Assembly (NCBI RefSeq): GCF_030028105.1
Contig: NC_092397.1
Coordinates: forward strand, 20,532,630 to 20,596,629
Reading direction: 5' to 3'
Source of the DNA: Mobula birostris
Lineage: Eukaryota
Length of the DNA stretch: 64,000 nucleotides
Made by a program: the position numbers and the translations under genes
The notes under the pieces: model-generated
The model's input: the letters and a program-made list of their open reading frames with translations, nothing else
Database searches by the model: none
What the model was told of the DNA's origin: nothing
Shown: one piece after another, positions 49,756-62,045 of the stretch
How positions within the stretch are numbered: the stretch's first letter is position 1
Layout: each line of letters opens with the position of its first letter

Positions 49756-50475
49756 AATACAAAATAGAAATAATTATGTACATATGTAATATGTTTATTA
49801 TAATTATTAAAATACATATATATAAACTCTGTATCAAAATAGAAATAAAGTTTAATATTTTACATTAATACTGTAAACACTTCTGGGGAGTATTTTAAAT
49901 TCTACTTTACAACTATGAATACACTGCACATAAAAAGAAAATCTGAATAAACTAATTCTTTTCGTGCTCACTGTTTAAAAGTTTCACAAGTTTGTTTTCA
50001 CGTCAACATGGCACAGTCAAACCGAACAAAAGCAGGCCTGACTGGAGCACATTTTACAACGACTCAACTTATACCGGAGATAATTCTGTTCCAGCAATCC
50101 TTATCAAGAGCATGTTCAAAGCAAACTTTTTCAAGCTGTTCCAACTGCACATAAGTTTGGGCCAAATTAAAATTATCTCCAAACTCATCACTTTTCAAGA
50201 GGGAAAGTGGGAACAATTAAACATCAGAACAACGCAGGGGAATGAAATTGTAAAATTAATCTCTTGTTTCAGTTTCCCAATTTTTATAATCTTCTTGCTT
50301 CAAGATAACCCGTCTCACTGATAAAATGTAGGGTCTGCATTTCAAGCATATGATATCGCTGAAGAAGCGCAACTTTTTTTTTACTAAAGTGAATACAGAT
50401 ACGGTATCAGTCCACACAGTCGTAGAGCTCTCTTTAGTTCCTTGATGTCTGCAGCCATGTTTCCTCCATTCTCTC

Positions 50476-53400
50476 TCAAACATTGACTGAAGAGTAACTG
50501 GGGTTATTCCAGCAAACGAAATGTGCAACCAACTGTCCATCAGCAATCATCAGCAACAAACCGACACCTAAAAGAAGAATCACAGTCGTTAAAACTCATA
50601 ACTATCACCATGGTCTATGAACTGTACAGATAGTCTTACAATACTTTATAAGATGGAATAGGTTGAAGATCAGGCATCAGAAATTTAAAAGGGACATCAG
50701 GGGCAGCCTCTCAGTGCAAAGGGCGGTGTGTATGTATTTGGGATGAGCTGCCAGATACAGTACAGTGCAAAAGTCTCAGGCACACAGACACAGCTAAGGC
50801 TTTTGCACGGTGCTGTACTTGCCAATGTGGAGCAGAGAGCGAGTTTGTAACTCTGGCAGAAGTAAAGGATGTTGGGAATAGTGAGCGTGGAGCGCCATGG
50901 GAGGGGTGTGGGACAGGTGGAAGCAGAGGAGTGCCAGGGGTGGGGATTTGCTGTAGGTGCAGACACACCCAGCCCTGAGACAACAGGCAAGGACATTTGA
51001 TGCCAAACAATTGGTTTATTAATCATTTCAGAATGTCTCGCTGGTGCTTCCTACTCCCTTCCCCTTTCCCAACCATGATTCTCCTCTCCCTGCTCCCTTC
51101 CCACTCTCAGTCCACAATAGAGACCCATAGGTTTATCACCACTCACATATGCCATGAAATCATTTTTTTTTTGCAGCAGTATAGCGCAATATATAAAATT
51201 ACTAGAGTACTGTTTGGTGGAAGTCTGTGAAGAGTAAGAATTTCAAGTTGTATACTGTATACATCCTCTGATATTAAACTGAACCATTGAACATTTAAAA
51301 ACCATCAAGCACATGGATTAGAGAGGTTTAAAGAGCTATGATCCAAACATGAGCAGATGAGAGTAGATTGCTGTATGACATGGTCAGCATAGACAATTTA
51401 GGCCAAAGGGCCTGACTCTATGACTAGCTATGATAACATCATTTCAGCATTGTATCTCTGTTAAGCTGCAAAAAGGAGTTTAGTGCTCATTGTCCAGTAC
51501 AGTCTGATTTAACTATTCAGAGGTGAATTGAATAAAGAATCTACAGCATGTTTATAACATTTTTGAAGAAAATCTACTCAGACTCACCCAATGCCAGCCA
51601 CCACTGCCATACTAAAGGAAATTCGACCATCACTGGAAATGAAATGAAACCCGAATTTAATGACTTTGCAGTGTTTCACACCTTGACATAAGATTCTTAA
51701 AACAAGCAAAACGAGGAGGAATTTCTTTAGCCAGAGGATGGTGAATCTTTGGAATTCACTGCCACAGATGGCTGTGGAGGCCAAGTCACTGGGTCTGTTT
51801 AAAGCAGAGGTTGATAAGTTCTTGATTAGTAAGGGCGTTGAAGGTTACGGGGAGAAGGTAGGAGAATGGGATGGCATGGTAGCATAGTGGCTAGGAAAAG
51901 TTTTACAGTAACATCAACCTGGGTTTAATTCCCGATGCTGCCTGTAAGGAGTTTGTACGTTCCCCCCCATGACCACGTGGGTTTCCTCCGGGTGCTCTGG
52001 TTTTCTCCCACAGTCCAAAGTTGTACCGATTAGTAGATTAACTGGTCATTGTAAACTGACCTGTGATTAGACTGGGATTAAATTGGGAGATTGCTGGGTG
52101 GCGCGGTTCGAAGGGCAGGAAAGGCCTACTCCACGCTGTATATCAATAAATAAACAAACAAACAAACACAGATATGAGTAAATAAATAAATGGGATTGAG
52201 AGGGATGATACATCAGCCATGATGGTTTGGCGCAGCAGACTTCTACTTCCAACAAAGTTGGGGTTTTGCTGTCAATAACAAAGATTAAATATTACGTTTT
52301 TCATTGGGTTCCCTTTTTTCTGAATTAAGGCCCATGAAGAACAGTAATGTGTAGCATTACTGAATACAGAAATAGGTAAATAAATGTTTAACTGTATGTT
52401 TGCTAATTGCTAATTAAGGAACAGAATGAGGAATTCGAATCTTTGGAGCAGTGGAGTGTCACACAAGTATAACAATGCCGCGGAGTCGCAGGCTGATAGC
52501 AATTGTTTTGTTTTGATTTTGGATCCGTTTTGCCACTACACAAACCTTCCCAGAGCTTGCTTCCCAAAGAAAGAATTCTTTTTAAATTTAAATATGGGCA
52601 TGAGGGTTGTCGATTGGATAAGATTGTTAGGCTACTGATTCCATCGGACACCATTTTTAATACACTAAGAACATTATCATTTCCAATCCCCAGCCATTAA
52701 TGGTGAAGTTACTAAATTTACTAGCCGTTCTTTCTAGTATTTCTTTCAGGAATTTTTGTGTACTAAAAAGCCATTTGTACAATTACTAAATCATTATGTT
52801 CACAACTATTTTGGCATACTAATTAACTGAATAAGCAGCTTTCAATGCCCCAGATAATGAAAGCCAATATTCAATATGGTTTTTCTATCGCGATGCTGCC
52901 ATCTTCCAAGGTTCTTTGGTCTTGCAGACCAAGATCCATCCCTTCCTCGATACTTCCAATGATCAGACTATCCATGGTGCATGTCCCAGCCTCCTTAATA
53001 CTCCCAAAACACATCACATTATGTTTATCAGTGCTAATATTATCAGCCATTTCTCAAACATGCACACAAAATGTTGGAGGAACTCAGCAGGTCAGGCAGC
53101 ATCTATGGAAATGAAAGAAGAACATAGAACACAGAAATTTGCAGCACATTACAGGCCCTCGGCCCACAATGTTCTGCCAATTGTGTAACCTACTCTACAG
53201 ACTGCCTCGAATTTCCCTACCACGTAGCCCTCTATTTGTCTAGGCCCTACGTACCTATCTAAGAGTATCTTAAAAGACACTATTATATCCGCTTCCACCA
53301 CCAGCAGTGCAGTCCACGCACCCACCACTCTGTGTGGAGAAACTTACCCCTGATGTCCCCTTGGTACCCATTTCCAAGCACCTTAAAACTATGACCCCTT

Positions 53401-56400
53401 GTGTTAGCCATTTCATCCCTGGGAAAAAGCCTCTGGCTATCCACACGATCAATGCCCCTCATCATCTTATAGACCTCTATCAGGTCACCTCTCATCCTCC
53501 ATTGCTCCAAGCAGAAAAGGCCAAGTACACTCAACCTATTCTCATAAGGTACTCTCTCCAATCCAGGTAACATCCTTGTAAATCTCCTCTGCACTCTCTC
53601 TATAGTATCCACATCCTTCCTGTAGTGAGGTGACCAGAACTGAACACAGTACTCCATGGGGTCTGACCAAGGTCTTATATAGCTGTAACATTACCTCTCG
53701 GCTCTTGAACTCAATCCCATGGTTGATGAATGCCAACACACCACACGCCTTCTTAACAACACTGTCAACCCGCGCAGCAGCTTTGAGTGTCCTATCAACA
53801 CAGACCCCAAGATCTCTCAGATCCTCCACACTGCCAAGAGTCTTACCATTTATATTATAATCTGTCTTCAAATTGGACCTAACAAAATGAACCACTTCAC
53901 ACTTATCTGGGTTGAACTCCATCTGCCACTTCTCAGCCCAGTTCTGCATCCCGTTGCTGTCCCGCTGTAACCTCTGACAACCCTCCAGACTACCTACAGC
54001 ACTCCCAACATTTGTGTCATTAGCAAACTTACTAACCCACCTTTCTACTTTTTCATCCAGGTCATTTGTAAAAGTCACAAAGAGGAGGGGTCCCAGAACA
54101 GATCCCTGCAGAACACCACTGGTCACCGACCTCCATGCGGAATATGAACCATATACAACCACTCTTTGTCTTCTGCTGGCAAGCCAATTCTGGACTCACA
54201 AAGCAGGGTCTCCTTGGATCCCATGCCTCCTTACTTCCTGAAGGAGCCTTGCATGGGGAACCTTTTCAAATGCCTTACTGAAATCCATATACACTACTTC
54301 CCTACTCTACCTTCAAAGTGTTTTATTACATCCTCAAAGAATTCAATCAGGCTCATAAGGCACGACCTTCCCTTGACAAAGCCATGCAGGCTATCCCGAA
54401 TCAGATTATGTCTCTCCAAATGCTCATAAATCGTACCTTTCACGACCTTCTCCAACAGCTTGCGCACCACTGAAGTCAGACTCACTTGTCTACAATTTCC
54501 CGAGTTATCCCTACTCCTTTTCTTGAACAAGGGAACAACATTTGTAACCCTCCAATCCTCCGGTACTTCTCCCGTCCCTATTGATGACGCAAGGATCATC
54601 ACAAGAGGCTCAGCAATCTCCTCCCTCGCTTCTCACAGCAGCCTAGGGTATACGTCATCCGATCCCGGTGACTTATCTAACTTCATACTTTTCAAAAGCT
54701 CCAGCACATCCTCTTTCTTAATGTCTATATATTCCCAAGTGTTTCAGTCTGCTGTAAGTCATTCCTGCAATTGCCAAAGTCTTTTTCCTTGGTGAATAGG
54801 GAAATGCACAATGCCCCAGCCTTAACCTAGTCCACACAGTCTCCTCTCTTCTGTATCCACTATCTACCCCAGTACCTGCAACACTCTTTTGTATTTGATA
54901 TAAATGCCTCCCTTTCCCCTCTCTGTCCCATCTTTCTTGCCACATTTGGTTGATTTTTTTCCCAGATTACACACTTAACCTCTGCTTTACTGATACAAAT
55001 GTGCATTTCTATATTTTCTTTCTTTAACGCCCTCTTTGCCAACTCATCCACCCTCTCATTCCCCTTCACCCCTACACGTGCTGGAACCCATAGAAATTTT
55101 ACCTGACCTCCCTGATTTGCAATTCTTGTGACTGACTGAAGGGCTTCATAAAGTACACCTTGCTGACTGTTTGAGTGAAAAGACCTTAAACTTGCTGGAA
55201 CTGAGGATGAATCTGAGCATATCAACACTTTGACTTGTCTAGCTTTCTCCACCCATCGCAACACAACCAACACTACCAGCAACTCCACTTTTACAGTTTC
55301 AAGATAACAAATAAGGAAAAGGGCCCAAAGCAAAAGTTTGGGCACCCTGCATGGTCAGTACTTAGTAACACCCCGTTTGGCAAGTATCAGAGTTTGTAAA
55401 CACTTTCTGTAGCCAGCTGAGAGACCTTCAATTCTTGTTTGGGGGATTTTTACCCATTCTTCCTTGCAAAAGGCTTCTAGTTCTCTGAGAATCTTGGGCC
55501 GTCTTGCATGCACTGCCCTTTTCAGGTCTATCCACAGATTTTCAATGATGTTTAGGTCAGGGGACTTTCAGGGCCATGGCAAAACCTTCAGCTTGCGCCT
55601 CTTGTGGTAGTCAATTGTGGATTTTGAGGTGTGTTTAGGATCATTATCCTGTTGTAGAAGCCATCCTCTTTTCATCTTCAGCTTTCTTACAGATGGTGTG
55701 ATGTTTGCTTCCAGAATTTGCTGGTATTTAATTGAATTCATTCTTCCCTCTACCAGTGAAATGTTCCCCATGCCACAGGCTGCAACACAAGTCCAAAGCA
55801 TGATTGATCCACCCCTGTGCTTAGCAGTTGGAGAGGTGTTCTTTTCACGAAATTCTGCACCCTTTTTCCTCCAAACATACCTTTTCTCATTGCGGCCAAT
55901 AAGTTCTATTTTAGCTTCATCAGGGCTTGTTTCCAAAATGCATCAGACTTGTTTAGATATTCCTTTGCAAACTTCTGATCCTGAACTTTGTGGTGAGGAC
56001 GCAGGAAAGATTTTCTTCTGATGACTCTCCCCTGAAGGTCATATTTGTGCAGGTGTCGCTGCACAGTTGAACAGTGCACCACCACTCCAGAGTCTGCTAA
56101 ATCTTCCTGAAGGTCTTTTGCAGTCAAACAGGGGTTTTGATTTGCCTTTCTAGCAATCCTACGAGCAGTTCTCTTGGAAAGTTTTCTTGGTCTTCCAGAC
56201 CTCAACTTGACCTCCACCATTCCTGTTAACTGCCATTTCTTAATTACATTACAAACTGAGGAAATGGCTACTTGAAAACGCTTTGCTATTTTCTCATAGC
56301 CTTCTCCTGCTTTGTTGGCATCATTTATTTTAATTTTCAGAGTGCTAGGCAGCTGCTTAGAGGAGCCCATGGCTGCTGATTTTTGGGACAAGGTTTGAGG

Positions 56401-57193
56401 AGTCAGGGTATTTATAAAGCTTTGAAATTTGCATCACCTGGCCTTTCCTCACAATGACTTGTTAGCCGTAGCCCTAACAAGCTAATTAAGGTCTGAGACC
56501 TTGGTAAAAGTTATCGGAGAGCTCAAATCTCTTGGGGTGCCCAAACTTTTGCATGGTGCTCCTTTCCTGTTTTTCACTCTAAAATTGTACAAAACAAAAA
56601 TAATACACTAATCTTGCTTAAAATGTTGAAAAGAATGTTTCATCTTTAATTTTATGACTTTTGGAGATCAGTTCATCTACTCACTTAACTATTCACAGTT
56701 ACAGAAATTTTGACCAGGGGTGCCCAAACTTTTGCATGCCACTGTAACTGCGACAATAAACGTCTTCTATCCGCCAGATAACTGGATACACCATTTTAGT
56801 GCAAACCTGTGATTTTTGTTGCTCCTGTATTCACAGCTCCGGTAGACAGCTGATGCATTCAAAGCAGTCCTGATTTATACAGAGGGTCTGTCTCCCGAGA
56901 TACGGTTATACACCTCACTAGCTTGCTCAGTTACAGTTGCTTGAACAAACACTTCCATTCAATACCTTTGTCTCTATTGTAAATATTGGAGTGATTGGAG
57001 ACAAGTACATCAAAACTCTTTGGCATTACCTCAGCAGTGCCTCTGGTGGAAATCAACCGATAGATTTAATTTCAAAGACTGAGACTGAGCAGCTACATTT
57101 ACAGATTTCATCTTTTGGTTGGCTAATTATTCATCTCTGAACGGAGACCAGCGACACTGACCGATCCCTACCTCTGTCCCTGCAGTTTCCCAT
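50476..57193 (-). CDS. Putative 3-exon 52-aa membrane or secreted microprotein: join(57172-57193, 51588-51632, 50476-50567)
   Basis: AAAATGG Kozak context; AG|GTAGG, TTTCCAG|..GG|GTGAGT, TTCTTTTAG|; both introns phase 1; MGNCRDRVMVEFPLVWQWWLALGVGLLLMIADGQLVAHFVCWNNPSYSSVNV*. Confidence 0.5.
50758..50815. mobile_element. 58-bp Tc1/mariner-type MITE
   Basis: TA|CAGTACAGTGCAAAAGTC...GGCTTTTGCACGGTGCTG|TA. Confidence 0.65.
51872..52150 (+). mobile_element. V-SINE (HE1-like) inserted in a CR1 tail
   Basis: ggcatggtagcatagtgg...gggtttaattcc...gtgggtttcctccgggtgctctggttttctcccacagtccaaag. Confidence 0.88.
53120..54797 (-). mobile_element. CR1 LINE RT and 3' end
   Basis: GEVPEDWRVTNV, GVLQGSVLGP, EYCVQFWSPHYRKD. 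Confidence 0.9.
54800..55295 (-). mobile_element. I-group (Nimb/I-like) LINE fragment with RNase H
   Basis: VELL...ICSDSSS...FLWVPARVGVKGNERVDELAK; WQERWD...RREETVWTRLRLGHC. Confidence 0.8.
55296..56744 (-). mobile_element. IR/DR-type Tc1 transposon (decayed; one end truncated)
   Basis: HTH with SGRPRKLS (55906-56391); HRGGSIMLW, QQDNDPKH (55568-55936); end ...GCATGCCACTG|TA; DR GGGTGCCCAAACTTTTGCA at ~56535 and ~56718, inverted copy at ~55330. Confidence 0.92.
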
Positions 57194-58024
57194 TTTGGTC
57201 TGTCCTTCAGCTTCTTCCTGGTGATACACACACTCACTCAGCCTCAGTCTCTCACACTCACAGTCTCTCTCAGTCTCTCTGTCTCACACACAAACACACA
57301 AACACACACGGAACAATTGTACAATTGTGTTTCTATGTTATAGTGACTGTCCTGTTGTGCATTCTATTTATTATTAATTACTGTAAATTGCACATTGCAC
57401 ATTTAGATGTAGACATAACATAAATATTTTTACTCCTCATGTATATGAAGGATGTAATTCATAAAGCAATAGAATTCAAAACATACAAACACAAATTCGG
57501 ACAAATATACACTAGAAAAACAGAGATCAGGATGGAAACGGTCAATGAACATGTTGCTGATGTACAAACAGGAGAAAATCTGCAGATGCTGGAAATCCAA
57601 GGCAACACAATGAACTCTGCTGATTCCTCCAGCATTTTGTGTGATGTAGCAGTCTTTAATGGGCATCTCAAATCTCATCAAAGGACAAAAGAAATAGAGA
57701 AGAAATATTCCAATCTGCAAAGGAAGAGGCAAACCAGCTACAGGAATAAATACAGTACTCAAAATAGGCAGATGAATGGATGCAGGAGATAAAACTGCGT
57801 AGATTGTATAAACACGGGAAAATCTGCAAATGCTGGAAATCCAAGTTCCTCCAGCATTTTGTGTGTGATGTTGCTGATCTAATAGTCTTTAATGAGCACC
57901 TCAAATGTCAAAAGAAATTGAGAAATATTTCAGTCGGCAAAATAATGAGCAACACACATAAAAATTGCTGGTGAACGCAGCAGGCCAGGCAGCATCTATA
58001 GGAAGAGGTACAGTGGACGTTTCA

Positions 58025-59070
58025 CATCCCTGCTCTTGTATTCTTGACCTCTTGAAATGAATGCTAACATTGCATTTGCCTTCCTCACCACCAATTCAAC
58101 CTGCAAGTTGACCTTTAGGGTGTTCTACACAAGTAGTCCCAAGTCCTTTTGCATCTCTGATTTTTGGATTTTCTCCCCGTATGGAAAATAGTTCGCACAT
58201 TTATTTCAACTACCAAAGTACATGACCGTGCATTTTCTAACATTATATTTCATTTGCCACTTTCCTGCCCATTCTCCTAATTTGTCCAAGTCCTTCTGCA
58301 TCCTACCTGCTTACTCAACACTACATGCCCCTCCGCCAATCTTTGTATCATCTGCAGACTTGGCAACAAGGCCATCTATTTCACCATCTAAATCATGAGG
58401 TACAGCATAAAAAGAATTGGTCCCAACACCGACCCCTGCGGATCATCACTAGTCACAGGCAGCCAACCTGACAAGAATACTATACTCCCACTAGCTGCAT
58501 GCCTGTTCTTACCAGATGATTTTACAACTCGTTCTTTATTAATGCTTCCCTTATCTTACACACAATACACATCAAGCTTACTGGTCCATAGTTACAAGGG
58601 TCAGCGCAGTCACCCTTCTTACATACCAGTAAAATGTTAGCCTATTTCAAGACCTTCAGGATTTTACCAATCTTAAGAGAATTTTGAATAATTCTTGTTA
58701 GGCCTTTGTATTTTCAATGATAGACTAATTTAAGTACCCTTGGATATATGTTGTCTGACACTGAGATTTATTAACTTTCAGCCTTTTCACTTTCTAAGAT
58801 CTCAGAGTCACTTCAGGGAACTTTATTTTTCTCTACACTTACTGGCATATTGCTAGCATCTTTGCAGGTGAACACTTTAGCAAAATAAGGGTTGAGAGTA
58901 TCCGCTATGTCCTTCTCTGCATAATTTAATACCCCACTGTTATTCCAAATACAATTAGCTTCCCACTTGACGTTTCTTTTACAACTAAAATATTGACAAA
59001 GTCTCTTGGGGTTCAATGTTATCATTATCAGGAATATCCTTCTCAAGCTGCCTTTGGCAATCACAATTTC
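58025..59070 (-). mobile_element. CR1 fragments
   Basis: ccaatctttgtatcatctgcaga (FADD region); DIADTLNPYFAKVFT. Confidence 0.65.
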
Positions 59071-60339
59071 CCACTTGACTATAGCTCTCATATTTGCATA
59101 TACCCTGTGGTTAAAATGTATTACAGGGGTACTATTTTTTTCAGTATTCCATATATAGATGTCACCCATGTACACAAGGAACATTGTCCTACACCCAATG
59201 CCTGCACCATCCAGCTCGCCTTTGGACTCTGGAAGGAAACCGATGTGGTCACCTTCTATTTGCTCCATGCAACACTTGGCCTGTGGGCCTGATCTCCATG
59301 ATCTTCAATGTCAAGAACGTGGCAGTTTTTAAGCAAGGTTCTCAGACAGTCAGCCTGAGTCCACTAACACTTTTTGGAAACTTTTGCCTGTACCTGATTC
59401 TATGAATTCTGTAAGTTCAAAGTGAGACGAAGGAACCCTGGTGGTTCCCCTGTGGCAGGGAAAGTAAACGTTAGGCAGTGTGGTAGTGACAGGAGACTCA
59501 GTACTTAGTGGGGACAGGCAGGAGATACTGTGACAGCAAAATAAACACAAGGATGGTGTGTTGCCTCCCTGGTGCTGGGGTCCAGGGTGTAGAGGTGCGG
59601 CTGTAGGATATTGTCAAGAGGAAGGGTGAAAAGCCAGAGGTCCTGTTGCAAATTGGCACCAATGTCATTGTCAAAAACTGAGAAGAGATCCTACATACTG
59701 AGTGTATAGAATTAGGAAAGAGGCCTCTTTCCATCTGTCACCCATGTACACAAAGATCAGTATCTTGTGGCCAGTGATCACACCATCTATCTTGCCTTTG
59801 GTCTCTGGAAGGAAACCAGTGCGGTCTGCAATAAGGTATAATTGCAGTTCCACTCAGAGCTCCTCCCCAGACCCAGGACAGCACACAATGGCAATACCGC
59901 AATTTGTGAGTGTAATCACACTTACAGCAAAATATTCCCAACCGGCCACAATTTGACAACTGCACTGGTCCTGGAATTGCTGAGATTTGCTCCCGGAATC
60001 AGGCACTGGCTCTCGCTGCTTCTCATCCCAGACCGAACTTCGCAATCTGACCGTGAACTTGGGCTCTGACTCTGCAGGACGTAACTCTCATTGATATGGC
60101 CCTCACCATATCCACAGTAACTGCACTATCTTATATCGCCACTTCCTTCTGTCTCCCATGTACACAAAGGACAGTATATTGCGGCCAGTGAATGCACCAT
60201 CCAACTCGCCTTTGGTCTCTGGAAGGAAACCGATGCAGTCACCGACTATTCGCCAGACAGCACTGGTCCACGAACAATTTTGGTAACTTTTGCCTGTACG
60301 TGATTCAATAAATTTCTTAAAGTTAAAAATGAGATGAAG

Positions 60340-62045
60340 AAACCCTGGTGGTTCCCCTGTGGCAGGGAAAGGTCAAGTCATGCAGTGCATTAGTGATTGG
60401 GAACTTGATAGTTAGTGGTACAAATAGGAGATACTGTGCACACAACAGAGACTCCAGGATGCTGTGTTGCCTCCCGGGTGCTCGGGTCCAGATCTATCAG
60501 GGTGTCTGCAGAATATTCTCAAGGGGAAGGGTGAGCGGCCAGAGCTCATTGTGCATATTGACACTAATGTCATTGCCAAAAACGGGGATGAGCTTCTACA
60601 GACTGAGCATATAGAGACAGGAAATGGTGTGAAGAGAAGGACCTCCAAGGTAGTAATTTCTGGATTACTCCCGGTGCCATGGGCAAGTGTAGCTAGGAAC
60701 AGAATTACAGCATAATTGAATGATTGATTGAGGAGATGGTGCAGGGGGCAGGGTTTCATGCTCGGATCAATGGAAACTTTTACTGGGCAAGGACTGATCT
60801 GTAGAACAGGGACAGGTTGCACCTGAACTGGAAGGGAACTAATATGCTGGCCGGGAGTTTTGCTAATGCTACTCAGAGGGTTTAAACTAGTTTTGCAGGG
60901 GGCTGGGAATTGGAACCCCAGGTCAGTAAGTGAAGGATTAGAACCGAAGGTAGATATCAGTGAAAGTATGGCCAGGCAAAATCAAATTAACAGGTATTAT
61001 GAGACATATCATTTCAATGGTGTGTATTTGAATGTCAGGAATATTATGGACAAAGGTGATTAACATAGAACATAGATCAGTACATGGATCTACAATGTTG
61101 TGGCCATTACAGAGACTTTGTTGAGAGATGGGCAGGGATGCACAATTAATCTACTAGGCTTTTGAAGTTTTTGAAAAGATAGAGAAGGAGGTAAAAGAGG
61201 TGTGAGTTGGGCTACCAGTCGGGGACAATATTACAGCTGCACTCAGGAGAGACCTAGTAGAGGGGTCAGACGCTGAGTGCATTTGGGTAGAACTCAAGAA
61301 CAAGAAGGGAGCAATCAAACTAATGGGATTGTACTACTACCTAGTGTTGGGTAATGAGTCTATTCAGGTGGCTGCCCCCTCAGTGGGTGAGCAGTTAGCT
61401 GACAGGGACCACAACTCTCTCACTTTTAAGATAGTTATAGATAAGGATGGGGTATTTTTTAATCAGAGAAGGGAAAATTATGAGGGTATTATGCAGGGAC
61501 TCAGAACGGTTAATTGGAAATAACTTTTCTTCTGGAAAATCCCTATCAGACATGGGGAGAGTGTTTAAAGATCAATTGCACAGAGTACAGGAAAGGTATA
61601 TTCCTCTTAGGGGGAAGGACAGGGATGGAAAGAGAAGGGAAACTTGGGTGCCCACAGAAGTGATAAATTTAGTTAAGAAGAAAAAGGAAAAGTATGTCAA
61701 ATTTTGGAAGTCAGGATCAAATGGAGTAGATGAAGGTTATACAGAATCCAGAAAAGAACTAAAAAAGGAAATTTATGAAAACAAGAGCGGCCATGAGAAG
61801 CCAATGGCAAGTAGAATTAAGGTGAATGCCAAAGTACCCTGTACATACATCAAGATAAGAAGATAACTTGGGAGAGGGGAGGACACCTCAAGGATAAACA
61901 GAGAATCATTTGCTTGGATGTGCAGGATATGAGTGAAATACATCATAAGTACTTTGCTTCAGTATTTACCAATGGGGAAAGATTTGGACTCGGCGACAAT
62001 GCTGCATGCATAAATATGTTAGGGAGTTTGGAGGGCAAGGAGGTA
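60340..62045 (+). mobile_element. CR1 LINE 5' half (ORF1 esterase, ORF2 endonuclease)
   Basis: CCLPGARV, VHIDTN, VVISGLLPVP, LHLNWKG; YLNVRNI, DHNSLTF, KYFASVFT. Confidence 0.85.
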
